The notes: a model not told the origin generated them from the letters alone. 64,000 nucleotides of DNA from Eledone cirrhosa (GCA_964016885.1 OZ024743.1:257796001-257860000); one strand, 5' to 3'; shown: positions 9,507 through 23,840, counted from the stretch's first letter. Made by a program: numbers and translations.

Positions 9507-12500
9507 ATCATCATCATCACCGTTTTACGTCCGTTCTTCCACGCTAGTATGGGTTAGACGGGTTGTCCTGTTGTGTGCAGTGTCTGGTCGGCTGACCATG
9601 CCTTGCTCATACAGGAACTGATCTGGCTTGATTTCTACAGCTGGATGCCCTTCCTAACACCAACCTCATTTACAGTGAGTGCTGGGTGCTTTTTCGTGGC
9701 GTCTACACGTCCACTTTACAGTGTGGGGTGGGTGATTTTTTGCCGTGGCACCTCCACGACCACCTTGCGGTGGGGTGTGTGAGGGCATATTGTTTATATG
9801 CTTCAGCATGTACCCATGGGAGGTCGGGTACTCTGTATTACTGCGTGACGCCAGAAGTCACGGTCGTGTGTCATTGTCTTTGAGAGGTGTAGTTGGGTAA
9901 GGTCGGCTTTTATCACCTCATCCCAGGTCATCTTGGGTCTCCCCACTCTGCGGTTTCCATCAACTTCTAGTGCTCTGCACCTTTTTATGCAGCTGTCATC
10001 CTTCATACGCATCACATGTCCATACCAGCGCAACCGCCTCTCCTGCACACAGCATTTGATTCCTCTTATGCTCAGTCTCTCTCTCAATTCATTTATGCTT
10101 TGTCGTTCACGTATATTACTGTTGCACATCCATCGGAGCATGCAGGCTTCGTTTCTCTCTAATCTACGTAACTCTTCCACCTTCAGCGCCCAAGTCTCAC
10201 TACCATGCAACATCGCTGTTCGGATACACGCATCATACAGTCTGCCTTTCATTCTGAGGGAGAAGCCTTTTGCAGCTAGCAGTGGTAGTAGTTCCCTAAA
10301 CTTCTTCCATCCCGTTCTTACCCTAGTTATTGTACTTTCTGAACACCCACCTCCGTTGCTAATTCGGTCACCTAGGTAGCAGAAGCTGTCTACTGTTTCT
10401 ACAGGGCCCTCCCAGAGATTGGTGGTACTTGTTTCCTGTGGCTGTTTGCTGCTTGCTGTTTCAGCACAGCTGCTGCATGTGAATCCTACATTCTTAATTA
10501 AGCTTCCTGAGATCCCGCTACATCTCTTGTGTACCCATTGTTTGCATTTGGGGCAGAGAATGGAGTTCCTACCTACACCTTTCCTACATACTGAGCAAGG
10601 CCATTTCCCTGAGGGGATCTGGGTTCTGTTTTCTCGTCTACTTACAAGGACCTTAGTCTTAGTCATTTTGACTTTGAGACCCTTTCTTTCTAGTCATTGC
10701 TTCCAGGTTTGGAATTTATTCTCTAGTTCTACCATAGATTCAGCTATGAGTGCGAGGTCATCAGCATACAGGAGTTCCCATGGGCATCCGGTCTTAAACT
10801 CCTCCGTTATTGCCTGCAGGACTATGATGAACAGGAGAGGGCTAAGAACAGAGCCCTGGTGGACCCCAACCTTTACGCTAAATTCCTCGCTATACTCATT
10901 GCTAATCCTAACTTTGCTAACTGCTCCCCTATACATGGCTTGTACCGCTTTCACAAGCCATTCATCTACTCCTAGTTTTCTAAGAGCCCACCAGATTACA
11001 GCACGTGGAACTCTGTCAAAGGCTTTCTCAAGATCGACAAATGCCAAGTAGAGTGGCTTACTTTTAGCTAGGTACTTTTCCTGTAATTGCCTCACAAGGA
11101 AGAGGGCATCAGTGGTGCCTCTTCCTGGTACAAACCCAAATTGCATCTCATCTATTTTCACCCGGTCCCTAATCAGCTGTGCTATAACTCTTTCTGTTAC
11201 TTTCATGACCTGGTCCATCAACTTTATACCTCTATAGTTTCCTCTATCTAGTGCATCGCCTTTACCTTTGTAGCAGTTGACAATGATGCTACTGCACCAA
11301 TCTTTTGGTATGGCCCCTTCTAGTATTACCTGGTTAACGATACGTGTGGTTATAGTGTGACCTACAGACCCAGATGCCTTCAGCATCTCGGCAGCTATCC
11401 CCGATGGACCGGATGCCTTCCCCATCTTCATATCTCTGATTGCCTTACTTACTACGCTGCCGCTGACTTGTACTGCTGGTCCCTCTATAGGGTCTACTTG
11501 GGGTAGGGTCTCTTCTTCCCATGCATTCTCCTCATTTAGTAATCTATCATAATGGCTCTTCCATGCATCTTTCTTCTCAGCACTTGTGAGGGCAAGCTCA
11601 CCTTTATCATTCCGGATACACTTCTCTCCAATGACATCACAACTATCTCTGACACACTGCCTCGCAATCTTGAATACCTCCTGTTTCTGGTCCTCACGTT
11701 GTAAAACATGCTTGAATTTTCTATCCTCTGCTTCCCTCCTAGCTAAGTATACTTGTCGCCTAGCTTCCCTCTTGGTCTCTATGTAATGTACCCTGCTCCC
11801 CCCGTTCTTCCATTCTTTCCATGCCTGTCTCTTGGCCTTGATTGCTTCATCTACCTTATTGTTCCACCACCAAGTCACTCTCCTCCTGCTTCAGGTCTTA
11901 CTCCAGCCACAGACCTCGTCCGTCGCCTCTAGTAAATTATTTTTTAGTTCTCTTCTACATTAAATGTCTGTATCTGTTCTTCTTTACTGTCGTAGGCGTT
12001 GAGTAAAATATCTTTAAATCTGTTACTGGTTGAGGGGACTTTCAGCTTCCAGATCTTTCTTCTCCAGGTTGGCCTCTGTTTCAGGGCTCGTCTAGTTCTG
12101 ACCGTGAGGTCGCTGACAACTAAGCTATGTTGGGATGTACATTCCTCACCTGATCATCTATAAGCTATGTTGGCGTTGCAGAATTCTAGAAGTCTGAATC
12201 CTTCCTCATTCCTTGTGCCAACTCCATGGCCTCCATGTACTCTATTGAAGCCGTCGCTGTGATTACCTACGTGTCCGTTAAAATCTCCTGCGATGATTAG
12301 GAAGTCATTGTCGTTTGTTAGAGCAGTAGTGTGCATTAGGGACTCGTAAAACCTATCCTTAAGTTCGTCTGGCAGCCCCGATTGGGGTGCGTAAGCTGAT
12401 ATTATTGTGGTAATTGTCTTATTCAGGACTAATCTGAGTTTAATGATTCTTGCATTTACCCTGTACACTGAGATTACTTTATCTATCCACTTGTCAGCTA

Positions 12501-12543
12501 ATAGTATACCTACACCACCCATCCCATCATCATTTCCCATCAA
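9507..12543 (-). mobile_element. RTE-clade LINE (subfamily A), 5'-truncated and disabled
   Basis: APE (SAYAPQ, GDFNGH; 12154-12543), RT (FVDLEKAFD, GVHQGSVLSP, YADD; 10694-11878), Cys-rich insert and C-terminus (9803-10666), (CAT)n tail. Confidence 0.95.
10694..11878 (-). pseudogene. RTE reverse transcriptase domain (premature stop at 10694)
   Basis: Canonical non-LTR RT motifs in the ORF track. Confidence 0.9.
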
Positions 12544-12697
12544 ATATACTATACATACATCGCTATTTCAGAACCCCAATCAATATATATTATATATATT
12601 ATATTATATACTATATTATATATATATTATATTATATATATATATATATATATATTATATTTATTATATATATATATATTATATTATATATATATAT

Positions 12698-13040
12698 CAT
12701 CATCATCATCATCATCATTTCATTTTACGTCCGCTTTTTCCCTGCTTGCAAGGGTGGGACGGGAACTGATTCTGGCTTGATTTCTACAGCTGGATGCCCT
12801 TCCTAACACCAACCTCATTTACAGTGAGTGCTTTTTTGCCGTGGCACCTGCACGACCACTTTGCAGTGGAATGACATGGACCCCAGTCCCTATCATCTCA
12901 TTTCTACAGCTGAGTAAACTGGAGCAATCTGAAATAAAGTGTCTTGCTCAAGGAAACAACACATCACCCGGTCTGAGAATTGAACTCACAACCTTTCGAT
13001 TGCAAGGCCAATGCTCTAACCACTAAGCCATGTGCCTCCA
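12698..13040 (-). mobile_element. SINE-A, full length
   Basis: A-box TGGCTTAGTGG and B-box GAGTTCAATTC on the minus strand; RTE tail with (CAT)n. Confidence 0.9.
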
Positions 13041-13177
13041 TATATATATATTATATATATTATATTATAAATATATATATATATATATATTATATATATT
13101 ATATTATATATATATTATATATATTATATATATTTATATATATATATATTATATTAAATATATATTATATTTTATAC

Positions 13178-13668
13178 GATATTAACAAATGGAAACTATA
13201 TTTATAAAACCATATTTATTTTATTATACATATTTCAAGGTAACCATGTTAAATTATGGTATGCCTTCATCAGACAAAATACAATATATACCAGTTTTAT
13301 AAATAAACATTGACGTATCCTTCCAAAATGCAACCGTTACTTTTGGAAGACATCAGGATAGTGGATTTGTTTATTTTAGTAAGTCGTTGTGTTAAGGAGA
13401 AGGACACTCTCACTTTCTTTCTCCACTTTTCTCTCTCTCGGTTTTTCTATCTCTCCGTCTTTTTCCTTCTCCTTAACACAACGACTAACTAAAATAAACA
13501 AATCCACTATCCTGATGTCTTCCAAAAGTAACGGTTGTATTTTGAAAGGGTACGTCAATGTTTATTTATAAAACTGGTATATATTGTATTTTGCCTGATG
13601 AAGGCAAACCATAATTTAACATGGTATCCTTGAAATATGTATAATGGAATAAATATGGTTTTATTATA
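13178..13668. mobile_element. Non-coding inverted-repeat element (pseudo-LTR-like) with a hammerhead in each arm
   Basis: ~13205-13407 is the reverse complement of ~13465-13665; TA-flanked; related fragment at 51550-51690. Confidence 0.8.
13217..13281 (-). ncRNA. Type I hammerhead ribozyme (mirror copy at 13587-13651, + strand)
   Basis: tattttgt-CTGATGA-agg..accat/atggt..cctt-GAAA-TATGTA-TA-ataaaata. Confidence 0.7.
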
Positions 13669-13907
13669 TTTTATATATATTAAATTATATATATATTATA
13701 TTATATATATATTATATTATATATATATATATATATTATATTATATATATATTATATTATATATATATATATTATATATATTATATTATATATATATTAT
13801 ATTATATATATTATATTATATATATATTATATTATATATATATGTATATATATATTTATATTATATATATATTATATATTTTATATTATATATATATTAT
13901 ATTATAT

Positions 13908-15308
13908 CATCATCATCATCATCATCATCGTTTAACGTCCATATTCCACGCTTGCATGGGTTTGGACGGGGGTTTTCCCACTTGAGGCAAGAGTGGTTCA
14001 CTTGCTCGCACAGGACTGTCTGGCGGGTTTTCTATGGCTGGATACCCTTCCTAACACCGACCACATTTACAGTGTGGAACTGGGAGGTTTTTACCGTGTT
14101 ACCTACACGGCCACATTACAGCGTGGACTGTGTGTTTTTTTTGTCATGACACCTACACAACCTCATTTGTTTCGGGCTGGATGTTGTGACACCAACATAA
14201 CTTTACATTGAAGGGGTGGTGTTGATGGGGTGGGTGTAGTGGGACGGGGTGTATTTTGTTAGAGGTGCCTACTGACTGTAGTAGGTTTCAATTTGTACTT
14301 AGGTAAGGCGGGTCTTATATATTACTGTGTAGCGCCAAAGCTCTCGGCCGAGTGACATTGTCTTGGAGAGGTGTAAGTGTGTGAGGTCGGAATTTATCAA
14401 GTCGTCCCAGGTTTTTCTGGGTCTGCCTACACCGTAGCTACCGTCTATTTTTATTGCCCTGCACTTTTTTATACAGCTGTCGTCTTTCAGGCGCATCACG
14501 TGACCATACCAACGTACTCTTCTCTCGAGTAAACAACATCTGATACCTCTTATTTCTAATTTCTCCCTTAGTACGTTTATACTTTGTCTTTCACGTATGT
14601 TACTATTACACATCCAGCGGAGCATGCAAGCTTCATTTCTCTCCAGTCTGCGTATATCCTCTGCACACAATGCCCAGGTCTCACTGCCATGTAACATTGC
14701 TGTTTGTATGCAGGCATCATACAGCCTGCCCTTCATTTTTAGAGAGAACCCTTTAGCGGCCAATAGTGGTATAAGCTCTCTGAACTTTTTCCATCCCGTT
14801 CTGACCCCAGCTACTGTACTTTCAGAGCACCCTCCCCCACTGCTGATTTTATCACCCAGGTAACGGAAGCTGTCCACTATTTCTATATAACCACCTGTGC
14901 AATGGAACGAGTTAGTATTCTGTGGGCACTTGCTGCTACTTATTGCACCAGAGCACCGGCCACATATAAAATCTATATTCTTAGATAGTTTACCTGTGAT
15001 CCCACTAAATCTTTTATGTACCCATACTTTGCATTTGGGACATAAAATGGAGTTTCTACCTACTCTTTTCCTACACACTGAGCATGGCCATTTCCCAGAT
15101 GGGACCGGTGCCCTATTTCCCTTCCTACAAACTAGAACTTTAGTCTTAGACAAGTTAACTTTAAGGCCTTTTGATTCTAGTCCATGCTTCCATGTTTGGA
15201 ATTTCTTCTGTAGTTCAGCCATTGATTCAGCTCTGGGCGTTAGATCATCTGCATATAGGAGTTCCCATGGGCAGCTGGACTTGAACTCCTCTGTTATAGC
15301 CTGAAGGA
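13908..15308 (-). mobile_element. RTE-clade LINE (subfamily B), 3' fragment
   Basis: ORF 14299-15304 with YADD and the RTE C-terminus, highly similar to 49696-50793; (CAT)n tail. Confidence 0.92.
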
Positions 15309-16956
15309 ACCAGAGAAAAACACAATGGAAAGCATCCAGCAAATAGCAAACTCCATCCACCAGAGCATTAGAGTTACTATAGACTACCCAAGTAGACACC
15401 CCAACCATCGATTACCTGTACTAGACACAGAGCTCTGGTTAGATACTATTAACAACCAAAAACAAATCCTCCATTCCCATTATGCCAAACCCATGACTTC
15501 CAAACATCTGATCCACCGAAACTCGGCCATTTCGGACCATACCAAAATCAACATACTGATTGCGGATTTGGTACGGGTGATGAGAAATGTGTCCCGCATG
15601 TGCAACCCCGAAGAACTAGAGAGACACATACAACACTTCATCCACCGTATGCAGTTCTCTGGCTACAATCAGAGAGATAGAATCAGAGTGTATAAAGGAG
15701 CCAGAACCAAATGGGAAAAAATGGTAAATAATGACATAAATGGGACCTGCCCCTTGTATAGGAGCAAATTTTGGAATAGAATAGAAAGAACTAAGAACAA
15801 GGCCAATAGAATAAACTCATGGTATGATAGCAATAAATACCAGAGTGTAATGTTCATCAATACAACCCCTAGAGGCGAACTAGCCTACAAATTTAGAAGG
15901 GCCCTAAAGAAACATAATCTCAATATTAAGATAGTAGAAAGACCTGGTACCTCCGTAAAAACACTTATTAGCAATACATACCCGTTCCAAAGACCCTCAT
16001 GTATAGATAAGAAATGTATAACCTGTAAAATAAGCCCCCATATTAACTGTAAAACTAGAAATGTAGTATATAGCATAAGATGTACTGAAGGACAATGTAG
16101 AAACAAAAATATAGTGTACATAGGTGAGACAGCTCGTAGTATAGGGGAACGAATAAATGAACACTGGCGAGACCTCCAAGATAATAAAGAATCATCTGTG
16201 CTCTACCAACATGCTAAGATAGAACACAGGGGTAAATTAGAGAGCATAGAAATAAAAATAGAATCCACACACAAGAAAGACGCAATGTTTAGGCAAATTA
16301 CAGAGGCAGTAAGCATAAAAGAATTAAAACCAAAATTAAATTAAATAGAAAATATGAGTGGAACAGCAACATCACAACTTACAATTAAGGACAAAATGAA
16401 AACACACACACACATAGAACAAACAACTTACAATTGAAAACACACACAAAATGAAAACACACACAAGACAAAATGAAAACACACACACACATAGAACAAA
16501 CAACCAACCAACAATAAATAAATAAATAAACAAACAAATATAAATAGAAAAATAGAAAAATGAACACAAACACACAGAGACACCCGGATGTGGCGCATGC
16601 GCAAACTGAGCACGCAACCCACACACAAACAAAATGGCGTAGGATAGAAGAAAGGAAAGGCACAGAAACGAAGAAAGAAATCCCCAGTCACTGAAGAGGT
16701 CACAGAGTGTGTGACGAAAGAACTATGACTATATATATATAAACAACTATCTGGTTGTGGAACCAACCAACCAACCAGAAATTTATAAATTTGTAAATTT
16801 ATAAATTTATAAATATATATTAAATTAAATTGAAGTGAAAGCAACTGGTGCGTGTGTTTCTTATTGGCAACATGACCCTCCCAAAGTATAACAATATCGG
16901 TTTCAACACACGATTTCAGATAAAGAATCTTGCTAAACAAATTCAGAAACGAAATA
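15306..16956 (+). mobile_element. PLE family A, 5'-truncated (RT thumb, GIY-YIG, pseudo-LTR)
   Basis: ORF 15325-16344 with Cys-rich linker, NVVYSIRC..YIGETARS..ERINEH; pseudo-LTR shared with 27000-27470 and 31090-31550. Confidence 0.92.
16686..16730 (+). ncRNA. Minimal type I hammerhead in the PLE-A pseudo-LTR (also 26746-26790 -, 27211-27255 +, 31291-31335 +, 54787-54830 +)
   Basis: agtca-CTGAAGA-g-gtcaca/tgtgac-GAAA-GAAC-TA-tgact. Confidence 0.8.
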
Positions 16957-16998
16957 TATTATATTATATTATATATATATATATATTATATATATTAT

Positions 16999-17503
16999 CC
17001 ATAAAAAGGTGCATAAAAAGGGGCAGAGCACTAGAAGTTGATGGAAACCGCGGAGTGGGGAGACCCAAGGTGACTTGGGATGAGGTGATAAAAGCCGACC
17101 TTACCCAACTACACCTCTCAAAGTCAATGACACACGACCGTGACTTCTGGCGTCACGCAGTAATACAGGGTACCCGACCTCCCATGGGTACATGCTGAAG
17201 CATATAAACAATATGCCCTCACTCCCCCCACCGCAAGGTGGTCGTGGAGGTGCCACGGCAAAAAAGCACCCAGCCCACACTGTAAAGTGGACGTGTAGGC
17301 GCCACGAAAAAGCACCCAGCACTCACTGTAAATGAGGTTGGTGTTAGGAAGGGCATCCAGCTGTAGAAATCAAGCCAGATCAGTTCCTGTATGAGCAAGG
17401 CATGGTCAGCCGACCAGACACTGCCCACAACAGGACAACCCGTCTAACCCATGCTAGCGTGGAAGAACGGACGTAAAACGGTGATGATGATGATGATGAT
17501 GAT
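16999..17503 (+). mobile_element. RTE-A 3' fragment
   Basis: Near-identical to the reverse complement of 9507-9990. Confidence 0.9.
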
Positions 17504-17793
17504 TATATATATTATATTATATTATATATATATATATATTATATATATTATATTATATATATTATATTATATATATATATATATTATATATATTATATTA
17601 TATTAAATATATATATATATTATATATATCATATTATATTATATATATATATATATTATATATATTATATTATATTATATATATATATATATTTTATATG
17701 TTATATTATATTAAATATATATATATATATATTTTATATATTATATTATATATATATATATTTTATATATTATATTATATATATATATATTAT

Positions 17794-18134
17794 CATCATC
17801 ATCATCATTTCATTTTACGTCCGCTTTTCCTTGCACGGGTGGGACGGGAACTGATTCTGGCTTGATTTCTACAGCTGGATGCCTTTCCTAACACCAACCA
17901 AATTTACAGTGAGTGCTGGGTGCTTTTTTTGGCGTGGCACCTCCACGACCACTTTGCTGTGGAATGATACGGACCCCAGTCCCTATCATCTCATTTCTAC
18001 AGCTGAGTAAACTGGAGCAATGTGAAATAAAGTGTCTTGCTCAAGGAAACAACACATCACCCGGGCTGAGAATTGAACTCACAACCTTTCGATTGCAAGG
18101 GCCAATGCTCTAACCACTAAGCCATGTGCCTCCA
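17794..18134 (-). mobile_element. SINE-A, full length
   Basis: Same structure as 12698-13040. Confidence 0.9.
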
Positions 18135-18140
18135 TATATG

Positions 18141-18203
<63 letters not shown>

Positions 18204-18214
18204 GTATATATATA

Positions 18215-18720
18215 TATGTACGTACATATATATATGTGTGCATGTATTTATATATATATACATACTACTGTATACATATATGTATGTACGTGTACATACG
18301 TTTATTTAAGTAACAGCCGTAATAAGAGTGGGAAATGAAATTTTGTTTCATTGTTTCCATTTATCGTTTTCGGTGCACCCGGCCAATTAACCCACTCAAT
18401 ATGCAAATTGGGCTACTCAGCCGTTAATATGCATAAGGTAAGTATATACGTTCAACAATCTGGCAGGAAGGTATATGTTGCTGACGATAGCTAATAAGCT
18501 TGAAACTAGTACAGCGTTCCTTTGTCAGTGTTGAACAAACGAGCAACGATGGTTGCTGGACACTGCGGCTTAATACGGGATGTTTCCTTACAAACACACC
18601 GAGCATTATAATAAATGTTCGGTCAATCCATACGTACATATATATATGTGTGCATGTATGTATATATATATACATACTACTGTACGTCTGTATACATATA
18701 TGTATGTATGTGTACATAGT
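18215..18720 (+). mobile_element. Non-coding retrozyme-like element with ~85-90 bp terminal direct repeats
   Basis: 18215-18300 is repeated at 18630-18720; related to 25284-25990. Confidence 0.7.
18476..18516 (+). ncRNA. Minimal type I hammerhead ribozyme
   Basis: tgttg-CTGACGA-t-agct/agct-t-GAAA-CTAG-TA-cagcg. Confidence 0.8.
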
Positions 18721-18905
18721 TATAATATATATATCATATATTATATTATGCATATAATATATATATATATATTATATTATATATATAATATATATATTAT
18801 ATTATATTATATATATATAATATTATATATATATATTATATTAATATATATATATATATTATATTATATATATATATATATAATATTATATTATATATAT
18901 ATATA

Positions 18906-18949
<44 letters not shown>

Positions 18950-19137
18950 TATATATATATATATATATAATATTATATCTATATATATCTATATATATAA
19001 TATTATATATATATATATTATATATATAATATTATATATATATATATAATATTATATCTATATATATCTATATATATAATATTATATATATATAATACAA
19101 TATATATAATATAATATATTATATATATATATATATA

Positions 19138-19187
<50 letters not shown>

Positions 19188-19266
19188 TATATTATATATA
19201 TTGTATTATATATATATAATATTATATATATAAATATATATAGATATAATATTATATATATATATA

Positions 19267-19400
19267 GTTACGTCCCTTTACGATCTGAGTTCAAATCCCG
19301 CCGAGGTTGACTTTGCCTTTCATTCTTACGGGGTCGATAAAATAAAGTACCAGTAATGCACTGGGTAATTGCAGGCCTTGTGCCTAAAGTAGAAACAATA
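19267..19400 (+). mobile_element. SINE-B, 5'-truncated, inside a TA tract
   Basis: B-box plus conserved core. Confidence 0.85.
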
Positions 19401-19425
19401 ATATATATATATATATATATAATAT

Positions 19426-19537
<112 letters not shown>

Positions 19538-19539
19538 TA

Positions 19540-21463
19540 TAACGGCGATGAATTATTTTTGCGAGGTTTTTTATATGAAATCGTGTGTCGAAACAAATAT
19601 TGTTATACTTGGGGAGGGTCATATTTCTGTAATATTGCCAGAATTAATAACAGAACACACTCACTGAGGGAGCAGCCATTGGCGTCAGCATAGCTGGTGA
19701 TGTTGTCAACCTTTTCATGGTATGGTGGGAAATGAGACTTAAAGATCTCCTTAATGAAAGCACCATAGAACTCATCATGTACTCTCGTTACGTAGACGAT
19801 ATCAATATAGTTATAAGAACATCCCCACTAGAGAGCACTAACAAGTTTGATTTAGAACGTAGCACAATGGAAAGCATCCAGCATATAGCTAATTCCATAC
19901 ACCAGAGTATATCTGTAACTATCGACTTCCCTTCCAAACACCCTAACGATAGACTACCTGTATTAGACACAGAACTCTGATTAACACTATAGACGAGAGA
20001 GCCCAAATTCTTCACTCACACTATGCTAAACCCATGGCCTCCATATACCTGATACTCAAAATTCAGCAACGTCCAGTAGTGCTAAGTTTAATATTCTGAT
20101 CGCAGATTTGGTACGAGTGATGAAGAATGTGTCCCGCATGTGCGACCCAACAGAAATGGAAAGACACATCCAACACTTCATCAACCGCATGCAGTTCTCT
20201 GGCTACAACCAAAGAGACAGAGTCAGTGTATACGAGGGAGCCATGGAAAAGTATAAGACCCTCATAGAACTGGACATGAAAGGAATTTGCCCATTATACA
20301 GGTGCAAATCATGGAATAGCTTAGATAGGGCTAGACATAAGTTAGGGAAGGCCACCTCATGGTACGACAACCAGAGATACCAGAGTGTCATGTTTGTGGA
20401 CACTACCCCTGGGGGAAATTAGCTAACCAGTGTAGAAAGGCCCTGAGAAAGACCCACTTAAAGATTAAGGTGGTAGAAAAGCCAGGAACAACTATAAAAT
20501 TCCTGATCAGCAAAACCTACCCTTTTAAGAAAACCCACTGTACTAATAGGAAATGTATCATATGTAAGGTAAACCCCCGGATAAACTGTAAAACTAGAAA
20601 CGTAGTCTATAGCATAAGATGTACAGAGGGTACTTGCAGAAACATGACAACAACATAGATAGGCGAGACAGCTCGTAGCATAGGTGAAAGGATAGACCAA
20701 CACTGGGGTAACTAAAAGGACGAAAAAACGGTCAGTACTATACGAACATGCCAGACAACGACACGACGGTAACACAGACAACATAGAAATTAGAATAATA
20801 TCTAAACATAGAAATGACCCAGCAGATAAGCAAATCAGAGAGGCCAGTGAAATAGAACTTAGAAGGCCAACACTAAACAGAAAGAATGAATGGAATAACA
20901 ACAACACCCAAACAAACAACACTGACCTAAGAGAAGTATGAATAAATAAATAGATAAATAAATAAATAAATAAATACATACACAAGCACAATAACAACAA
21001 ACACATATAAACACACAATAGTAAAGATAGGATACATAGAATACATAGAATACAATCACGAACACACATCAAACAAAACACTATACACACGCAAACGCAA
21101 AGAAGACAAAATAAAATAAACTAACAAACAAATAAATAAATAAATAAATATATAGACTGACTAAATAAAAATGGCGTAGACATAGAATGTAACGGGAGGA
21201 AACAATAGCACCACTGACGATGTTGCAAATGTGCTACGAAAGAACTTTGATAAACTATATATATCTGTTTGTGTCTATATTGTATATGTATTATTTTTGA
21301 CCGTCGGTCAGTCAATGGCAACATTGAGGACCGAATAAATGAAATTAGATTACCGATATAAAAGACACAGAAGCGAAAAGCGAAAACCAACCAAACAGTG
21401 AGTGTGTTCTATTATTAATTCTGGCAATATTACACAAATATGACCCTCCCCAAGTATAACAAT
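19540..21463 (+). mobile_element. PLE family B (diverged relative of A), 5'-truncated, with an inverted pseudo-LTR piece at 19540-19665
   Basis: YSRYVDD (19717-19980), thumb, GIY-YIG remnants; 19596-19665 is the reverse complement of 21396-21465; degenerate hammerhead CTGACGA..GAAAGAAC at ~21210-21250. Confidence 0.88.
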
Positions 21464-21590
21464 ATTATATTATATATATATATATATTATATTATATATA
21501 TATATATTATATTATATATATATATATATATATTATATTATATATATATACATATTATATTATATATATATATATATATATTATATATAT

Positions 21591-21631
<41 letters not shown>

Positions 21632-21683
21632 TATATATATATATATATATTATATTATATTATATATATATATTATATTATAT

Positions 21684-21742
<59 letters not shown>

Positions 21743-21755
21743 TATATATATATAT

Positions 21756-21806
<51 letters not shown>

Positions 21807-21855
21807 ATATATTATATTATATATATATATATTATATTATATTATACATATATAT

Positions 21856-21892
<37 letters not shown>

Positions 21893-21910
21893 TATATATA
21901 TATATTATAT

Positions 21911-21942
<32 letters not shown>

Positions 21943-22377
21943 ATATATATAATATAATATATATATATATATATATTATATTATATATATATATATATTA
22001 TATTATATATATATTATATTATATATATATATATATATATTATATTATATATATATGTATATATATATATTATATTATATATATATATATATATTATATT
22101 ATATATATATATATATTATATTATATATATATATTATATTATATATATATATAATATTATATATATATATTATATTACGATCTGAGTTCAAATCCCGCCG
22201 AGGTTGACTTTGCCTTTCATCCTTACGGGGTCGATAAAATAAAGTACCAGTAATGCACTGGGTAATTGCTGGCCCTGTGCCTAAAGTAGAAACAATTATA
22301 TATATATATTATATATATATATATTATATTATATATACATATTATATTATATATATATATATATATATTATATATAT

Positions 22378-22424
<47 letters not shown>

Positions 22425-22471
22425 TATATATATACATATATATTATATTATATTATATATATATATTATAT

Positions 22472-22528
<57 letters not shown>

Positions 22529-22546
22529 TATATATATATATTATAT

Positions 22547-22582
<36 letters not shown>

Positions 22583-22714
22583 ATATATTATATTATATAT
22601 ATATATATTATATTATATTATACATATATATATATATTATATTATATATATATATATATTATATTATATATATATATATATATATATTATATTATATATA
22701 TATATATATTATAT

Positions 22715-22746
<32 letters not shown>

Positions 22747-22794
22747 ATATATTATATTATATATATATATATATATTATATTATATATATATAT

Positions 22795-22837
<43 letters not shown>

Positions 22838-23364
22838 ATATATATAATATAATATATATATATATATATATTATATTATATATATATATATATTATATTA
22901 TATATATATATATATATATTATATTATATATATATATATATATATTATATTATATATATATATATATATATATATTATATTATATATATATATATATATT
23001 ATATTATATATATATATATATTATATTATATATATATATTATATTATATATATATATATTATATATATATATTATATTACGATCTGAGTTCAAATCCCGC
23101 CGAGGTTGACTTTGCCTTTCATCCTTACGGGGTCGATAAAATAAAGTACCAGTAATGCACTGGGTAATTGCTGGCCCTGTGCCTAAAGTAGAAACAATTA
23201 TATATATATATTATATATATATATATTATATTATATATATATATTATATTATATATATATATATTATATTATATATATATATAATATTATATATATATAT
23301 AATATTATATTATATATATATATAATATTATATATATATATAATATTATATATATATATATATA

Positions 23365-23404
<40 letters not shown>

Positions 23405-23526
23405 TATATATATATATATGATATTATATATATATATATAATTTTATATATATATATATAATATTAAATATATATATATATATATAATATTATATATATA
23501 TATATAATATTATATATATATATATA

Positions 23527-23586
<60 letters not shown>

Positions 23587-23679
23587 ATATATATAATATT
23601 ATATACATATTATATTATATATATATATATATATAATATTATATATATATATATATAATATTATATATATATATAATAT

Positions 23680-23735
<56 letters not shown>

Positions 23736-23777
23736 ATATATATAATATATATGTATATATAATATCATATATATATA

Positions 23778-23840
<63 letters not shown>
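21464..23840. repeat. Long interrupted (TA)n/(ATATT)n microsatellite; similar tracts separate almost all elements from 12.5 to 59.8 kb
   Basis: Directly visible; contains two identical SINE-B fragments at 22177-22297 and 23078-23199. Confidence 0.95.

Noticed and set aside
9933-11051. Antisense ORFs over the RTE RT (also 14597-15304, 49833-50558)
   Set aside because: Shadow ORFs of coding sequence with no independent motifs
12960-13040. tRNA-like sequence with A and B boxes
   Set aside because: It is the SINE-A head, continuous with the SINE body; no proper acceptor stem or terminator
14299-15408. 369 aa ORF with a novel N-terminus
   Set aside because: The first ~35 aa are antisense PLE sequence read across the chimeric junction
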